DNA of 64,000 nt from an uncultured Fibrobacterota bacterium (GTDB lineage: Bacteria; Fibrobacterota; Chitinivibrionia; Chitinivibrionales; FEN-1185). This document shows, piece by piece, positions 9,084 through 19,940 of the stretch. The position numbers and the translations under genes were made by a program. Where the stretch lies: positions 32,001-96,000 of the forward strand of contig CAVWBU010000035.1 in NCBI GenBank assembly GCA_963753345.1. Direction: 5' to 3'. The first letter of the stretch is position 1; each line of letters starts with the position of its first letter. A model generated the notes under the pieces. That model was not told the DNA's origin. It saw only the letters and a program-made list of their open reading frames with translations, and ran no database searches.

Positions 9084-10514
9084 TTACGATGCCCCGCTCA
9101 TTTGTCGGGACTTCCGGTGTGCCCGTACCCAGTCAGCGCCTCTTTTACCCAGCATGAGTTTCGCTGTTTTCTTTATTGGGGTCATGCACCGGTATTTCAA
9201 TTTCATCAATAAACGATACCCTCGGCCTCTTCCCGATACTTCAATAGGCAAAAGGTCACCAAAAGGGATTGCCGAGTTGTTGCTCCGGGTAATCCTGTCG
9301 CATTTCTTTTTCAGGGAGACATTTTTTAAGACCGATTCCTCATAATATTGTCGGGTTTTTTCTATCCGCTCCTTGTCCAAAAGGTCCAATTCTATGCACC
9401 GGTCGTATAACTTTGTGCCCGGAAAAGGATAGAAGATCGTAAAATAGGCATAATCCGGTTTTACCCGCTTATTAAGCCGTATTGTTTCCCGGGTCAAGGC
9501 ATCGTCATTATCAAACGGATAGCCGATTATATTGAACGAGGCGCGGAATATGCCTGCTTTCCTGAGCAGAGAAAAGGCCAGTTCGATCTGTTCGTTGCTG
9601 TGGAAACGATTGAGATGTTCCCGACGGAAATGGTCGTCCCCGCATTCAATACCCATGGCTACGTATTTGCAGCCGGTTTTTTTGAGATGGCCGGCTATTT
9701 CCGGCGTCACGTATTCGACGCGCGCCATCAGACCATAAGGTACATCGACCTTGTTTTTGACGTTTGAAAACAGTTCCATGGCATTGTCCCGGTCGGCGAG
9801 GATCATTTCGTCGCCAAAATAGAAAAGATGGGGATGATAGGCCTTTTTCAGAAGCTGCAATTCTTCTATCACGCGGTCGATCGGCCGGAACCGGATATAC
9901 TTTTTCCCGTAATATTTTAGATAAATGCCATTGCAGCAATAGGTGCAATTATACGGGCACCCGCGGGACGCCGTCACATACAACAACCCCCCATCAGTCC
10001 CGACAATTGATTCTTTTCTGAAGAAGTGCCATGGAAACTCGGGTAATGTCGAAAGGTCCTCGGGTGGACGCACCTGATTGGAATAGGTCGTTCCGTTTTT
10101 CCGGTAGCAGAGGTTTTGTACATCAAAGAGCGCATCGGTGGCGTAATGGCGCAGGAAATCCTTCACCATGGATTCCCCTTCACCGATACAAAGATAGTCA
10201 ATCTCCGGATAGCGGTCGAGGAGACTCGCTCCCGTTATTGTCGGATGGATTCCGCCTACCAGCACCGGCATATTTTTTGATTTCTTGACTTCATGGATAA
10301 GGGTAAGCGCCATAGGGAAATTCATTGTCATTGCTGAAATCATAAGAATATCATAGCTACCATCAATCACCTTAGCAGCAATAATGCCGATAGCATCATA
10401 ATAACTGTCAAAAAAAGAAACGGGATATCCTGCGGCCAAAAGCGCACCGGCAATATATCCTGCTCCTCTTCCGATAACTGGGGTATCATTCATGAAGACA
10501 AGGGCAACATTCAT
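9084..10514 (-). CDS. B12-binding domain radical SAM protein
   Basis: GGIHPT, IGEGE, SRGCPYNCTYC, GIECG, PFPGT motifs. Confidence 0.9.
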   Translation of the reverse strand: MNVALVFMNDTPVIGRGAGYIAGALLAAGYPVSFFDSYYDAIGIIAAKVIDGSYDILMISAMTMNFPMALTLIHEVKKSKNMPVLVGGIHPTITGASLLDRYPEIDYLCIGEGESMVKDFLRHYATDALFDVQNLCYRKNGTTYSNQVRPPEDLSTLPEFPWHFFRKESIVGTDGGLLYVTASRGCPYNCTYCCNGIYLKYYGKKYIRFRPIDRVIEELQLLKKAYHPHLFYFGDEMILADRDNAMELFSNVKNKVDVPYGLMARVEYVTPEIAGHLKKTGCKYVAMGIECGDDHFRREHLNRFHSNEQIELAFSLLRKAGIFRASFNIIGYPFDNDDALTRETIRLNKRVKPDYAYFTIFYPFPGTKLYDRCIELDLLDKERIEKTRQYYEESVLKNVSLKKKCDRITRSNNSAIPFGDLLPIEVSGRGRGYRLLMKLKYRCMTPIKKTAKLMLGKRGADWVRAHRKSRQMSGAS

Positions 10515-10533
10515 TCCACGCTCCTGATAGTTA

Positions 10534-11735
10534 TTATTTTGAAACACATCCGATCAGTTTGCCGTTTTCTTGAACAATCTGATGCCGAACCGAAACAACT
10601 CCTCCAATGATGATAATCCACATAAGGTGTTTTTGCATATTATTATTCAGCATTATCTGCGCGCCGAAGATGTTATCAATAAAAACAATGAGCGGCAAGA
10701 ACGACATGATTCTGACCAGGGTGGCTATTTCTTTCGAATGGTGTCCGCTTATCAGCAGCACTAAGATGTCCGCAGACAAAAAGCACGATGCAGATGAACC
10801 CGAATACGAGCGTACCTAAGGCGAGCGTTTTTTTCAGGAATCGCATGGCCCGTTCCCGTGATTCATTGAACAACAGGCCGATCCTTGGGAAAATGGCGCT
10901 TCCAGGGGCCCTGCAAGGCTGATGGCCGCCCGGACGATCTTTCGGCAACGGCATATATTCCGACGATCCGGTTGCCGGCAAACAACCCGAGCAGGAAAGT
11001 GTCGGTATTCGTGTACAGCGAAACGGACAGCTGCATGATAAATATCCGGAATCCGTCCAGTATACATTCTTTACAGAAAACAGATTTCGGAAACACCGGA
11101 TGAATTTTGAACTTTACCATGACAATGATACCGCTGCCAATGCCTATCGCCTATGTTCCCGCGGTGCCGAGGTAGACGAACCACATATAATCGCGAGAAC
11201 TTTTTATGAGCAGGAAATACAAGACCGTGGTTGCCAGTCGGGACAATAGATTGAATAGGGTAATGTATCCCATCGCCTCCATGCCCTGAAAAAACCAGAT
11301 GGGAAATAATATGCTTCCAACAGACGCCGGGAAGAACCAGAAGTAAAAAGGCGCCTCACTATGAAACCGCGGGATTCCGAGAAGCAGAGGGATAAATACC
11401 GCCAGACAGGCAATCGCCAGGCAGAGTTTAACGAATAGAACGGAATAAAAATACTGTGAAAGCCACTTTACATCCGCCCGATGCAGTGAAACTGCTCTTG
11501 TCGCGGAAAGGTTGAATCCATAATCCACGACAATCTGAAAATACGCCATGAGAGAACCGGCAAATGCTACAAACCCGAAGATTTCGGTTCCCAGGACACG
11601 GACAAGATAGGGTATGGTGATTATTGGTAAAAGGTAGTTAACGCCCTGAATGACATATAGGTACGCCGTATTGCTGAGCAGTTTCCTGTTTTCTTTGGAA
11701 TCCCCAACTCCGGCCAGTCGAAACGGTATCCGCAT
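10534..11735 (-). pseudogene. wzx: Polysaccharide flippase Wzx, disrupted
   Basis: YLLPIITIPYLVRVLG, DYGFNLSATR, WFFQGME. In-frame TAG at 11151-11153, then frameshifted pieces 10863-11120, 10676-10981 and 10534-10779, all similar to the intact wzx at 21086-22336. Confidence 0.85.
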
Positions 11736-12503
11736 TATTTTCCGTGGTACAATGGATTGTGAGTTTACAATACTATCATAAACGAATTATTTTCAAGTTG
11801 ACAAATACCATTTTAGAAACAAATCGTCCCGGATATGCAGGAAGAACATCTAAAGATAAAGCATGTGTAAGGGCGGACTATATTTTAAGCGCGCTGGTAT
11901 GCAGGAAAAAAGAAACCATGAAGTGTTGCTATGGTTTTTTTTCCTGAACTGAATGATCTTTCCTGCAGAAGTTGGCTCAAGGGCAGTCTCTTTCCCGGTC
12001 CCGGTATCGTTTTTTTTGAGGCTCACCTTGAGGATCCGGTATTCGCGGCTGCTTCCGGGGTCCTGGAAACGGCGTTTGGCCACATAGGGCGGCTGGAGCT
12101 TGAAGATTTGGGGGCGAGGGCGGGAACGCGGCCAGGCCTCGCGAAATGCATCCAGAGCCATTTGCCCGTGGATTTTGACTCGTCGTCAAGAGCATAGCCA
12201 GGCAGATCCAGTACCCCTAGAAACTCCAGCCCCCATCTTCCGATAGTATCTTTCCCTCAAGCAGTTCACGACCCAGCAGGCAGAAAGATCGCCGTCGTGC
12301 GGAAATTCAACAACAATATCGTTGTAATATGGTCAGCATTCCAGGAAAAAGATGGCTGTTGTCCGGATATCCGCTATTCAATTATATGGTGCTGTTGCCG
12401 GTTCTGCTTTTTTTCCCCGCTTCAACGCCGACATCGACACAAACGGGAAATGCCGGTAGCAGCCCCCCCCAGTGGTTTTTGTTGGGTATGTGAATTTTTG
12501 GAA

Positions 12504-12574
12504 AGTTAACCTTCAAGCTCACCGGCGGCTTTGGAGCGCAGTGGAAAAGCCGCCGGTGGAGCGCCTTGTTATGC
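12504..12574 (-). other. Integron attC recombination site
   Basis: Minus strand GCATAAC-aaggc-GCTCCACCGGCGGCTTT...AAAGCCGCCGGTGAGC-ttgaag-GTTAACT, immediately after the methyltransferase stop. R''/R' boxes and L boxes with an extra base. Confidence 0.85.
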
Positions 12575-13375
12575 CTAATTGGACTTCTGGAAGTACAAAT
12601 AGACACCTAATTCTCCCCCATGATCCGTGAATCTCACGTAAATATTGTGTATGCCTGCTGATTGTATCAGGAAAAAAAGTTCATTTACATTGTATGGGTT
12701 CATCTGCATTTCTGGATCTTGACGGGGAGACTCACTAATTACCGCACTACTGACAAGTCGCTTTACAATCTCCACCAAAGTCCTGACACGTCGCCTTACT
12801 TTTTTTTTCAATTTCTTAATGGGTAATTCTACAGGAGGTACACCATGGTTCTCTCTAAAAACGGTCTTCGAGTATGTGATTTGAATAGCGCAAATACCTC
12901 CCTCTTTCAAATGGTTAAGAAGGTTAGTGAAAATACGCCTTCCCCTCTCAATAGGGATATGCTGAAAAACGATAAAGGAATGTATTAGATCAAATTCCCC
13001 GTCCAAGGAAGACAGGTTATCATCAGACTTAAGCAAGCTGACATTTTGTGCAGAGTATTCATTACAGTTCTTGCGTGCCTCTTTCAACATTGAATCTGAG
13101 ACATCAAGTCCCACCACATGTTCTGCTATTTCGGCAAATGGTATGACAAGCCTTCCAACCCCGCAGCCGAAATCCAGAACTTTTTTTGGGGAAAAGCCTT
13201 GATCGAAATGGCGCCTGCAGACCTCTAAGACAAAGTTAATGTCCCTCTTCCCAGATTCAAAAAACTCCCTTTTAGCCTCTTCGGTAAGGTTCTTACTCCG
13301 AAACTTTTCGAGGGTAATCACGCCGAAATAAGGGTCGTTCTTACCCCACTTGTCCCATTCCACATCTGTGTTCAT
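12575..13375 (-). CDS. Class I SAM-dependent methyltransferase (integron gene cassette)
   Basis: VLDFGCGVGR, GLDVS, FDLIHSFIVFQH; bounded by two attC sites. Confidence 0.9.
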   Translation of the reverse strand: MNTDVEWDKWGKNDPYFGVITLEKFRSKNLTEEAKREFFESGKRDINFVLEVCRRHFDQGFSPKKVLDFGCGVGRLVIPFAEIAEHVVGLDVSDSMLKEARKNCNEYSAQNVSLLKSDDNLSSLDGEFDLIHSFIVFQHIPIERGRRIFTNLLNHLKEGGICAIQITYSKTVFRENHGVPPVELPIKKLKKKVRRRVRTLVEIVKRLVSSAVISESPRQDPEMQMNPYNVNELFFLIQSAGIHNIYVRFTDHGGELGVYLYFQKSN

Positions 13376-13394
13376 ATCGTTCCTTTCTTGAGAG

Positions 13395-13488
13395 GTATAA
13401 CGACAGAGTCAAGCAGCGAGGCCAGAAATAATAAATTTATGATCCTATGGCCTTCTCTGACCAAGTCAGCTTGAATGACTTGTTGTGC
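13395..13488 (-). other. Integron attC recombination site
   Basis: Minus strand GCACAAC-aagtc-ATTCAAGC...GCTTGACT-ctgtc-GTTATAC, followed by an RBS (AAGGAA) and the methyltransferase ATG. Confidence 0.75.
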
Positions 13489-13519
13489 GGCAATGTATTT
13501 CATATGCCATCAACAATTA

Positions 13520-13690
13520 TTATTTAACCAATTGCAGCATTTTCACGAATACTCTTCTTTTGTACTCATCTGAATAATAAGAACGTTTTACGCTTTCTAT
13601 AGAATCAAATTCAATCATTATTATTCTTCGATTTTCATTAGGACCTTCTAATGTTATTGATTTCTCTGTTCTCACTTTTACATTTCCATT
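13520..13690 (-). pseudogene. DUF1330-like cassette remnant (C-terminal half only)
   Basis: ITLEGPNENRRIIMIEFDSIESVKRSYYSDEY resembles the DUF1330 C-terminus; lies just before attC 13395-13488; no plausible N-terminus. Confidence 0.6.
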
Positions 13691-13842
13691 ATTAAAGTAA
13701 ATTGTCCTACGAAATCCTTGCTGAACGCGATTGAGGAGGATGAAACAGTACGGCACGATCAGCAAGAAGCAAAACTTCAATGAATTCAAAACATGAAGTT
13801 GGCCGTTTGGATTTGAATCCCGGGAGAAGCCGGGAAGAGTAG

Positions 13843-14811
13843 TCATAGTGGAATTTTTTGCCGATTCTGGAATTCGAAAAACTCTTTTCTGCGGTCAAGA
13901 AACTTTCTCGTGTACTTTTTTCGTAAACTTGTGTATTTTGCAAGGCCAATCAATCCATCCCATTTAGCTTTTAGGTACAGTAACGGTGTGCTTCCCCTAA
14001 GAAAATGGTATTTGATAATACGCAGTTCATGCTTAACAATAGGTACAATATGTTCCAGAAAAACAGAAAGAGGATAGTACTTGAATAAAGACCACATTTT
14101 GTTTCTTTCAGAATAATAGAGCCACATTCCTTTTCTTTTTTTGAAGCTTGCACCATCCTTGTGATACACCACCGCCTGCGGAGCGTAGAGACATTTCCAT
14201 CCGCCCAGAAACAACCGCATGCAAAGATCCGTTTCGTCGTGATAGGCAAAAAAGTTCCTGTCAAATCCTCCCAGCTTGATGAATAGGTCTCTGCGGTAAA
14301 TTGCAGATCCGCCGTTAACAGAGATCACATAACCCGGAACAGCCAGCGATGAATGAATATCGTAACTGTCCCCGTGTCCGATTCTTTCAAAAGTCAATTC
14401 AGGGGAAGGATAGTGGAAAAACCCATCTCCAATGGAATGATCATAGTAACTCATCTGTCGGCAGCCGACAACAGCTAAGAGATCGTCATTTTCGAAATAT
14501 TCAACCGGCTTTTCAAGCCAATCCGGTTCGACAATAACATCGTTATTCAAAGTTACGACATACTTACCCTTTGAGAGCTCGATGCCCTTGTTGTTACCTT
14601 CTGCATAACCGAGGTTCTTCCCATTTTCCAGAATAAGCACTGAAGGGTACACAGATTTGACATAATCAACAGAACCGTCAGTCGAGCCGTTATCGACGAA
14701 AATAATTTCTAACGGTGCATACGTTGATCTTAGAACAGAGTCCAGACACTCCCGGAGATATTCTTTGCCATTCCAGTTTAAGATTACGACTGAAACAAGA
14801 GGTGAATTCAT
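13843..14811 (-). CDS. Glycosyltransferase family 2
   Basis: VSVVILNWNG, VDNGSTDGS, NLGYAEGNN, LNND, GGFD..FFAY.DETDLC. Confidence 0.93.
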   Translation of the reverse strand: MNSPLVSVVILNWNGKEYLRECLDSVLRSTYAPLEIIFVDNGSTDGSVDYVKSVYPSVLILENGKNLGYAEGNNKGIELSKGKYVVTLNNDVIVEPDWLEKPVEYFENDDLLAVVGCRQMSYYDHSIGDGFFHYPSPELTFERIGHGDSYDIHSSLAVPGYVISVNGGSAIYRRDLFIKLGGFDRNFFAYHDETDLCMRLFLGGWKCLYAPQAVVYHKDGASFKKRKGMWLYYSERNKMWSLFKYYPLSVFLEHIVPIVKHELRIIKYHFLRGSTPLLYLKAKWDGLIGLAKYTSLRKKYTRKFLDRRKEFFEFQNRQKIPL

Positions 14812-15512
14812 AGTTGAAATGGTCAGAGGCAGCACTTTTTCAAGCTGTCTCTGATATCCGTAATTTTCCACCTAAACCAGATTTTTGGGGAAGTTTTTAC
14901 AGAACGCAAAACGTGCAGGATGCTTATCACCAGGATGATGGCTAGTTCCAGGTTCAGGCTGTTCATAAAGAGTCTTGCGTTAACAAACTGTTCTCACATC
15001 TATTGAGGGTCTTAGTTTCCAGGAGTACAGCCGAGGTATTCGGGAAAGAATTTAGGGTAAGGTCCCTTATTCTTTAAAAATACAACAGGTACTATTGAAG
15101 CGGCAAACAGAAATCATTACTGATTTTTTCACAACTAACAATCCCGACCGAAATCAACCTGTTCCCATTCCGGGCAGTTCTGACTAACGAATCTCCAAAA
15201 GTCGGAGGTCAAATATAATTATATTTGTAAGCAAATATAAACAATCTGCGCCGCAGTTGCCCGGGCCAAACGGATTTATTCACTGAATAAGAATTCTTGT
15301 AATCTCCTCAAATCCTAGAATCTCTGGTTTATTACCGGGCAACTGCTGAAGGTAGGTCTATTGTGGGCTGGGAAGGATTGTAGATTTCAAGGGGACTTGT
15401 GAGTTTTTGCAGGCGGCACAAATGATTTTAAGGAAGAGATCGAATATTGTTTTCGTGGTAGCCGACCCGGAAGGCAGAAATAGTGACTTGAAGGCATCGA
15501 CGACGCGTAAAT

Positions 15513-16838
15513 GTGTCGATCGAAACCTCACTACTTAAAATAGGTAATTCATCCGTGCAGACCAACGGTGGCTTCAATAAGTGGCTGTATCGTACTGCCT
15601 ACCGACTAAAGGCCTTATCTCACGTTCACGCCATTATCCCGGTTAAAATACGAAAGAAGATTGCTGCCGCTCTTTTCCGCCGAGCATTCGTATACGACAG
15701 TTCGGCAACAGCGGCCCGTGGGGTGATGTCGAGTCTTCCATACGGCATTAATCTTATTGGAAACTTGTGTGCTGAACTCGGTATTGGCGAGGGGGCTCGT
15801 GCAACGCTGCGATCTTGCAAGGCTGCAAGAGTTCCGACAGCGGCGATTAATTTCACGAAAGGTTTTCTGTCGCGGCTCGAAGAGGAAATGCCGGATGGTT
15901 TCGAACACGACCCGAAATTTGGCGTGACGCTGTGGTTCCTCAATGCCGAGCAAATACCCCGTGCCGTTGCAGATCACGAAGCCGCCCTACAGGGACGCTA
16001 CAACATCGCGCATTGGAGTTGGGAACTGCCGGAGCTTCCTGATTCATGGCTCGAATGCACGCGGTTTCTTAATGAAGTCTGGGCGCCGAGCCAGTTTTGC
16101 GCAACCGCGTTCAGCCGGAAACTGAAGATTCCCGTTACATATATTCCTTACGGGATTGATGTTGAGGTTCCGCTCGGCATCGGTCGTCGTGAACTTAGCA
16201 TCCCAGAAAACGGTTTTATTTTTCTCTACATGTTTGATGCATTGAGCACGCCGGAAAGAAAAAATCCCATGGCTCTCGTCGAAGCGTATATTCGCGCATT
16301 ACCATCGTTTCAGGGAAAAACGTATCTGATCTTGAAGATGATTAACGGTGAAAGAGAAACTGAAGTGAAGCACCAGCTTAACGCCGCGATGAACCGCGAG
16401 CCGTCCATTGTTTCGACCGACCGGTATCTTCATCGGCCCGAACTCAACGCGCTTTTCAATGCGGCCGACTGCTACGTCTCGCTTCACCGATCCGAAGGGT
16501 TTGGCTTTACGATTGCGGAATCGATGTTCCTCGGCAAGCCGGTGATTGCGACTGGCTGGTCGAGCAACATGGAATTCATGACGCCGTGGAATTCGGTTCC
16601 GGTCCCCTACCGGCTCGTGCAACTCGACCGTGATTATGTTCATTACCCGCGCGGACAATGGTGGGCTGATCCCGACGTGGATGCCGCCGCCGCCGCGATG
16701 GTCCGTGTGGCAAACGATCCGGACTTTGCGCACGCGCTCGGCGCGCAGGCAGCACTGGACATTCGCGAAAAATATTCTCCGGAAGCCGTAGGCAAAATCA
16801 TTCGCGCGAGGCTGGATGTGGTGACGAATCGAAGGTAA
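15513..16838 (+). CDS. Glycosyltransferase family 4 (GT-B)
   Basis: GIGEGAR, WSWEL, RKNP, SLHRSEGFG, GKPVIATGWS. Confidence 0.9.
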   Translation: MSIETSLLKIGNSSVQTNGGFNKWLYRTAYRLKALSHVHAIIPVKIRKKIAAALFRRAFVYDSSATAARGVMSSLPYGINLIGNLCAELGIGEGARATLRSCKAARVPTAAINFTKGFLSRLEEEMPDGFEHDPKFGVTLWFLNAEQIPRAVADHEAALQGRYNIAHWSWELPELPDSWLECTRFLNEVWAPSQFCATAFSRKLKIPVTYIPYGIDVEVPLGIGRRELSIPENGFIFLYMFDALSTPERKNPMALVEAYIRALPSFQGKTYLILKMINGERETEVKHQLNAAMNREPSIVSTDRYLHRPELNALFNAADCYVSLHRSEGFGFTIAESMFLGKPVIATGWSSNMEFMTPWNSVPVPYRLVQLDRDYVHYPRGQWWADPDVDAAAAAMVRVANDPDFAHALGAQAALDIREKYSPEAVGKIIRARLDVVTNRR

Positions 16839-16888
16839 TGATCTGAAGAAAAGCCGATAAGATACACTAATATGCCTGATCCAGAAAC

Positions 16889-17890
16889 ATGAACAGCGTG
16901 AGCGAAAATCCCGAAACGAGCGTTATCGTCATCAACATGAATGGCTTGCAGTTTCTGAAAGCCTGCTTTTCCGCGCTGGGAACACAAACCTATTCGGACT
17001 TTGAGACCCTTCTTGTTGATAACGGCTCAAAGGATGGGTCGATCGAATTTGTGAAGGAGAACTTTCCTCATGTAATTGTTGTGGCATTGGGCCGCAATTT
17101 CGGCTTTGGCGGCGGAAACAACAAAGGAATCCTTGCTGCAAGGGGAAAATACATCGTTCTCTTGAATAACGATACGGAAGTAGAGCCAAACTGGCTCGCC
17201 GAACTGGTGCGCGGCATCGCGTCGGATCCCAAAGTTGCTATGTGTGCTTCGAAGCTTGTGTTTGCTGATAATCCCGGTATAGTAGATTCGGCAGGTGACG
17301 AAATTGCCTGGTTCGGCCAAACCTTCACCTATCGATATTATCCGGCCGAACATCCAGATGTCATCAACCCTCGTCGCTGTTTCTCTGCATGCGCCGGCGC
17401 TGCATTATACCGCCGTGATGTGTTGGACGAGATAGGTCTGTTTGAGGAAATCTACAGTCCCATTTACTACGAAGATGTGGACCTCGGTTTCAGGGCGCAA
17501 CTGCGAGGCTATGAGTGCCTGTACTGCCCTTCTGCCGTAGTGCGGCATAAGGTGTCGGCAACAATGAAACGTAATGGTGAGCGCTATATCTATCTCAACC
17601 AGAGAAACATTGAGTATCTATTACTTGTCAATTATCCAATCTTCCTGCTTGTCTGCTGTCTCCCTTTGCATCTGCTCTACATGGGGGCCAGCTTTCTGGC
17701 TCACCTGATTCGCGGCGAAGGAGTTCCCTATGTGCGGGCAAAAATCGAGGTCCTCCGTACAATGCCGGCGGTCTTGAGAAAGCGATCGCAGGTCCAGCAG
17801 AAACGCGTGTTACCTGTCCAAGAGCTTCGAAAAAGGTTTTTTAAGGGATGGTTCCGGCATAAGCTATCCTATGTTTCCAAGAAACGATAG
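16889..17890 (+). CDS. Glycosyltransferase family 2
   Basis: SVIVINMNG, VDNGSKDGS, NFGFGGGNN, LLNND, YYEDVDLGFR. Confidence 0.93.
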   Translation: MNSVSENPETSVIVINMNGLQFLKACFSALGTQTYSDFETLLVDNGSKDGSIEFVKENFPHVIVVALGRNFGFGGGNNKGILAARGKYIVLLNNDTEVEPNWLAELVRGIASDPKVAMCASKLVFADNPGIVDSAGDEIAWFGQTFTYRYYPAEHPDVINPRRCFSACAGAALYRRDVLDEIGLFEEIYSPIYYEDVDLGFRAQLRGYECLYCPSAVVRHKVSATMKRNGERYIYLNQRNIEYLLLVNYPIFLLVCCLPLHLLYMGASFLAHLIRGEGVPYVRAKIEVLRTMPAVLRKRSQVQQKRVLPVQELRKRFFKGWFRHKLSYVSKKR

Positions 17891-17965
17891 CCAATGAACC
17901 TCGCTTCCGTTTTTATGACTAGGCCATTATCAAAAAGTAGTCCTGCAAAACAGCGATGTTCATTG

Positions 17966-18952
17966 TCATCGCCAGGAATCCGGTAGGTTGCGGGCCACCT
18001 CTATGTTCGAAAACGCCTTGCCCTTCTTGGCGCCTGTCTTCTTTGCCCATTCTGCCATACGACAAATCCCCTCTTCGAGATCGACCCTCGGTTCGTAGCC
18101 GAATACCCGTTTTACTTTGTCATGAGACGAATATGCGTTTACTACTTCTTTACGTGCAGGAAGATACTGGATTTCATTTTTTGAATTCATAGCTTTGAGA
18201 ACGTTCCGGGCAAGGTCATTGATCGAATATTCTCTGTCTGCGCCAATATTAAAGACCTGGTTGTAAGCCTTTGGTTTGAAAACCGAATGTGCAATCACCG
18301 GAGCAACGTCCGAAATGTAGCTGAAGGCGCGCTTCTGTTCTCCATCGCCAAAAATCGTAAGCTTTTTACCCTGCATTATCTGATTCATGAAGATACCGAT
18401 AACGTTCCGGTACTTGTCTCCAATGTTCTGGTGCTCGCCAAAGACGTTATGGGCCCGGAAAATAATGTAATTGAGATTCCACATCATTTTTGAGACCTGC
18501 AGATCCAACTCAACCGCGTACTTGCTGATGCCATAGGGGTCTTCAGGATGAGGAGTCAGCTCCTCAACAAAAGGCGGCTTTGGATTCCCATAGACTGCAA
18601 TTGAACTTGCAAACACAAAGCATTTTACCCCGTAATTGACACTGGCATTGATGAGGTTGACGCTGCCGATGAGGTTGTTCTCATAGTTGAACCGTTTTAT
18701 GAAAAAGCTAAGCCCTTCGGCGGCATATGCGGCCAAATGGTAGACATAATCGAACCTATGCTGCTCGAAAAGGCTTTTAACAAACTCGTAGTCTGTAACG
18801 CTTCCTTCAACGAAGGTAACCTTCTTGGGGACATTTTCAGTGAATCCGCCTGAGAGATCGTCCAAGACCACGACATCGCGACCATCGTTGGCTAGTGTCT
18901 CGGCAACATGCGAACCGATGAATCCGGCACCACCCGTGACAAGCATTTTCAT
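17966..18952 (-). CDS. NAD-dependent epimerase/dehydratase (UDP-glucose 4-epimerase-like)
   Basis: VTGGAGFIGSH, HLAA, SSIAVYG, YGISK (YxxxK), GDGEQKRAF. Confidence 0.93.
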   Translation of the reverse strand: MKMLVTGGAGFIGSHVAETLANDGRDVVVLDDLSGGFTENVPKKVTFVEGSVTDYEFVKSLFEQHRFDYVYHLAAYAAEGLSFFIKRFNYENNLIGSVNLINASVNYGVKCFVFASSIAVYGNPKPPFVEELTPHPEDPYGISKYAVELDLQVSKMMWNLNYIIFRAHNVFGEHQNIGDKYRNVIGIFMNQIMQGKKLTIFGDGEQKRAFSYISDVAPVIAHSVFKPKAYNQVFNIGADREYSINDLARNVLKAMNSKNEIQYLPARKEVVNAYSSHDKVKRVFGYEPRVDLEEGICRMAEWAKKTGAKKGKAFSNIEVARNLPDSWR

Positions 18953-19007
18953 GGAAAAACCTTTCTCTGTAGACCCGCGGGAAGTTGCAGTTCAAAAAAG
19001 TTGACGT

Positions 19008-19940
19008 CTATTTTGAAAATTCATGGCCTTTGTCCCCGAAGAAAATTAGGGTCGCATCAATGGTACCCCGTACAATCGAACCGATTTTTATTGACTTCTT
19101 ATCAACATATGGTAAAACAGCAAGAATTACAATTTTAATTGTTGCAATCGTCCAAGAATAAACAAGTAAATAAAATCTGTAGCCGATATTTCTTGTTATG
19201 AGTACGCGATTACGTGAGGAATAATACAAATAAAATGGGGTATAGTTTGCCAGTCCTATTCCCGCCTCGACCTTGTGATAAATCCGCGAAGCCGCTTGAT
19301 AATAGATCGGGATGGAGGCCTCACGAAGCCTGATGCAAAACTCCGTGTCGTCAAGGTAGATAAAAATTGATTCTTTAAGCAAGCCTATAGTCTCGAAAAC
19401 TTCACTCTTGACAAGCATCATACAGCCGCTTGCATATTCGACTTTGCAATCATTGTTGTACTCTGGCCTGTCCTTCTTAAAATGGCCCCGGTGTTTTCCG
19501 ATCCCGTGAATAAGGGATAAATCGCCACCGGCATACCATACCATGGTTCTATCTTGGTTACAGCAGATTTTTCCTGTGATTACATGGAGTTTTTCCGGTA
19601 TTGATACCCCTTTTTGGACCAATATTGATAGGAAGTCTGGCTCAACCTCAGTGTCATCATTGAGGATCAAGATATAATCGAATTGAGCATCCAAACAATA
19701 CCTGATGCCCAAATTGTTGCCACCGCAAAAACCACGGTTAAACTTGCTTTTCAGCAAGGTGATAATAGGGAAGCTCTCTTTTAATTTTTCCCCCGAATTA
19801 TCTGCCGAATTATTATCAACAACGACTATAGAATATCGAGGATAATTAATCGACAAAAGAGATCTTATGCATTTTGCAGTCATAGTAAAGCGATTAAGCG
19901 ACAAGAGAACAATTCCGACAGAAGGAGTTTGAGTCAGCAT
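19008..19940 (-). CDS. Glycosyltransferase family 2
   Basis: VVVDNNSAD, NRGFCGGNN, ILNDDT, SGCMML, YLDDTEFC. Confidence 0.9.
   Translation of the reverse strand: MLTQTPSVGIVLLSLNRFTMTAKCIRSLLSINYPRYSIVVVDNNSADNSGEKLKESFPIITLLKSKFNRGFCGGNNLGIRYCLDAQFDYILILNDDTEVEPDFLSILVQKGVSIPEKLHVITGKICCNQDRTMVWYAGGDLSLIHGIGKHRGHFKKDRPEYNNDCKVEYASGCMMLVKSEVFETIGLLKESIFIYLDDTEFCIRLREASIPIYYQAASRIYHKVEAGIGLANYTPFYLYYSSRNRVLITRNIGYRFYLLVYSWTIATIKIVILAVLPYVDKKSIKIGSIVRGTIDATLIFFGDKGHEFSK

Noticed and set aside
11850-12300. Transposase or toxin-antitoxin remnant
   Set aside because: Short GC-richer ORF fragments with no motif or terminal repeat I can support.
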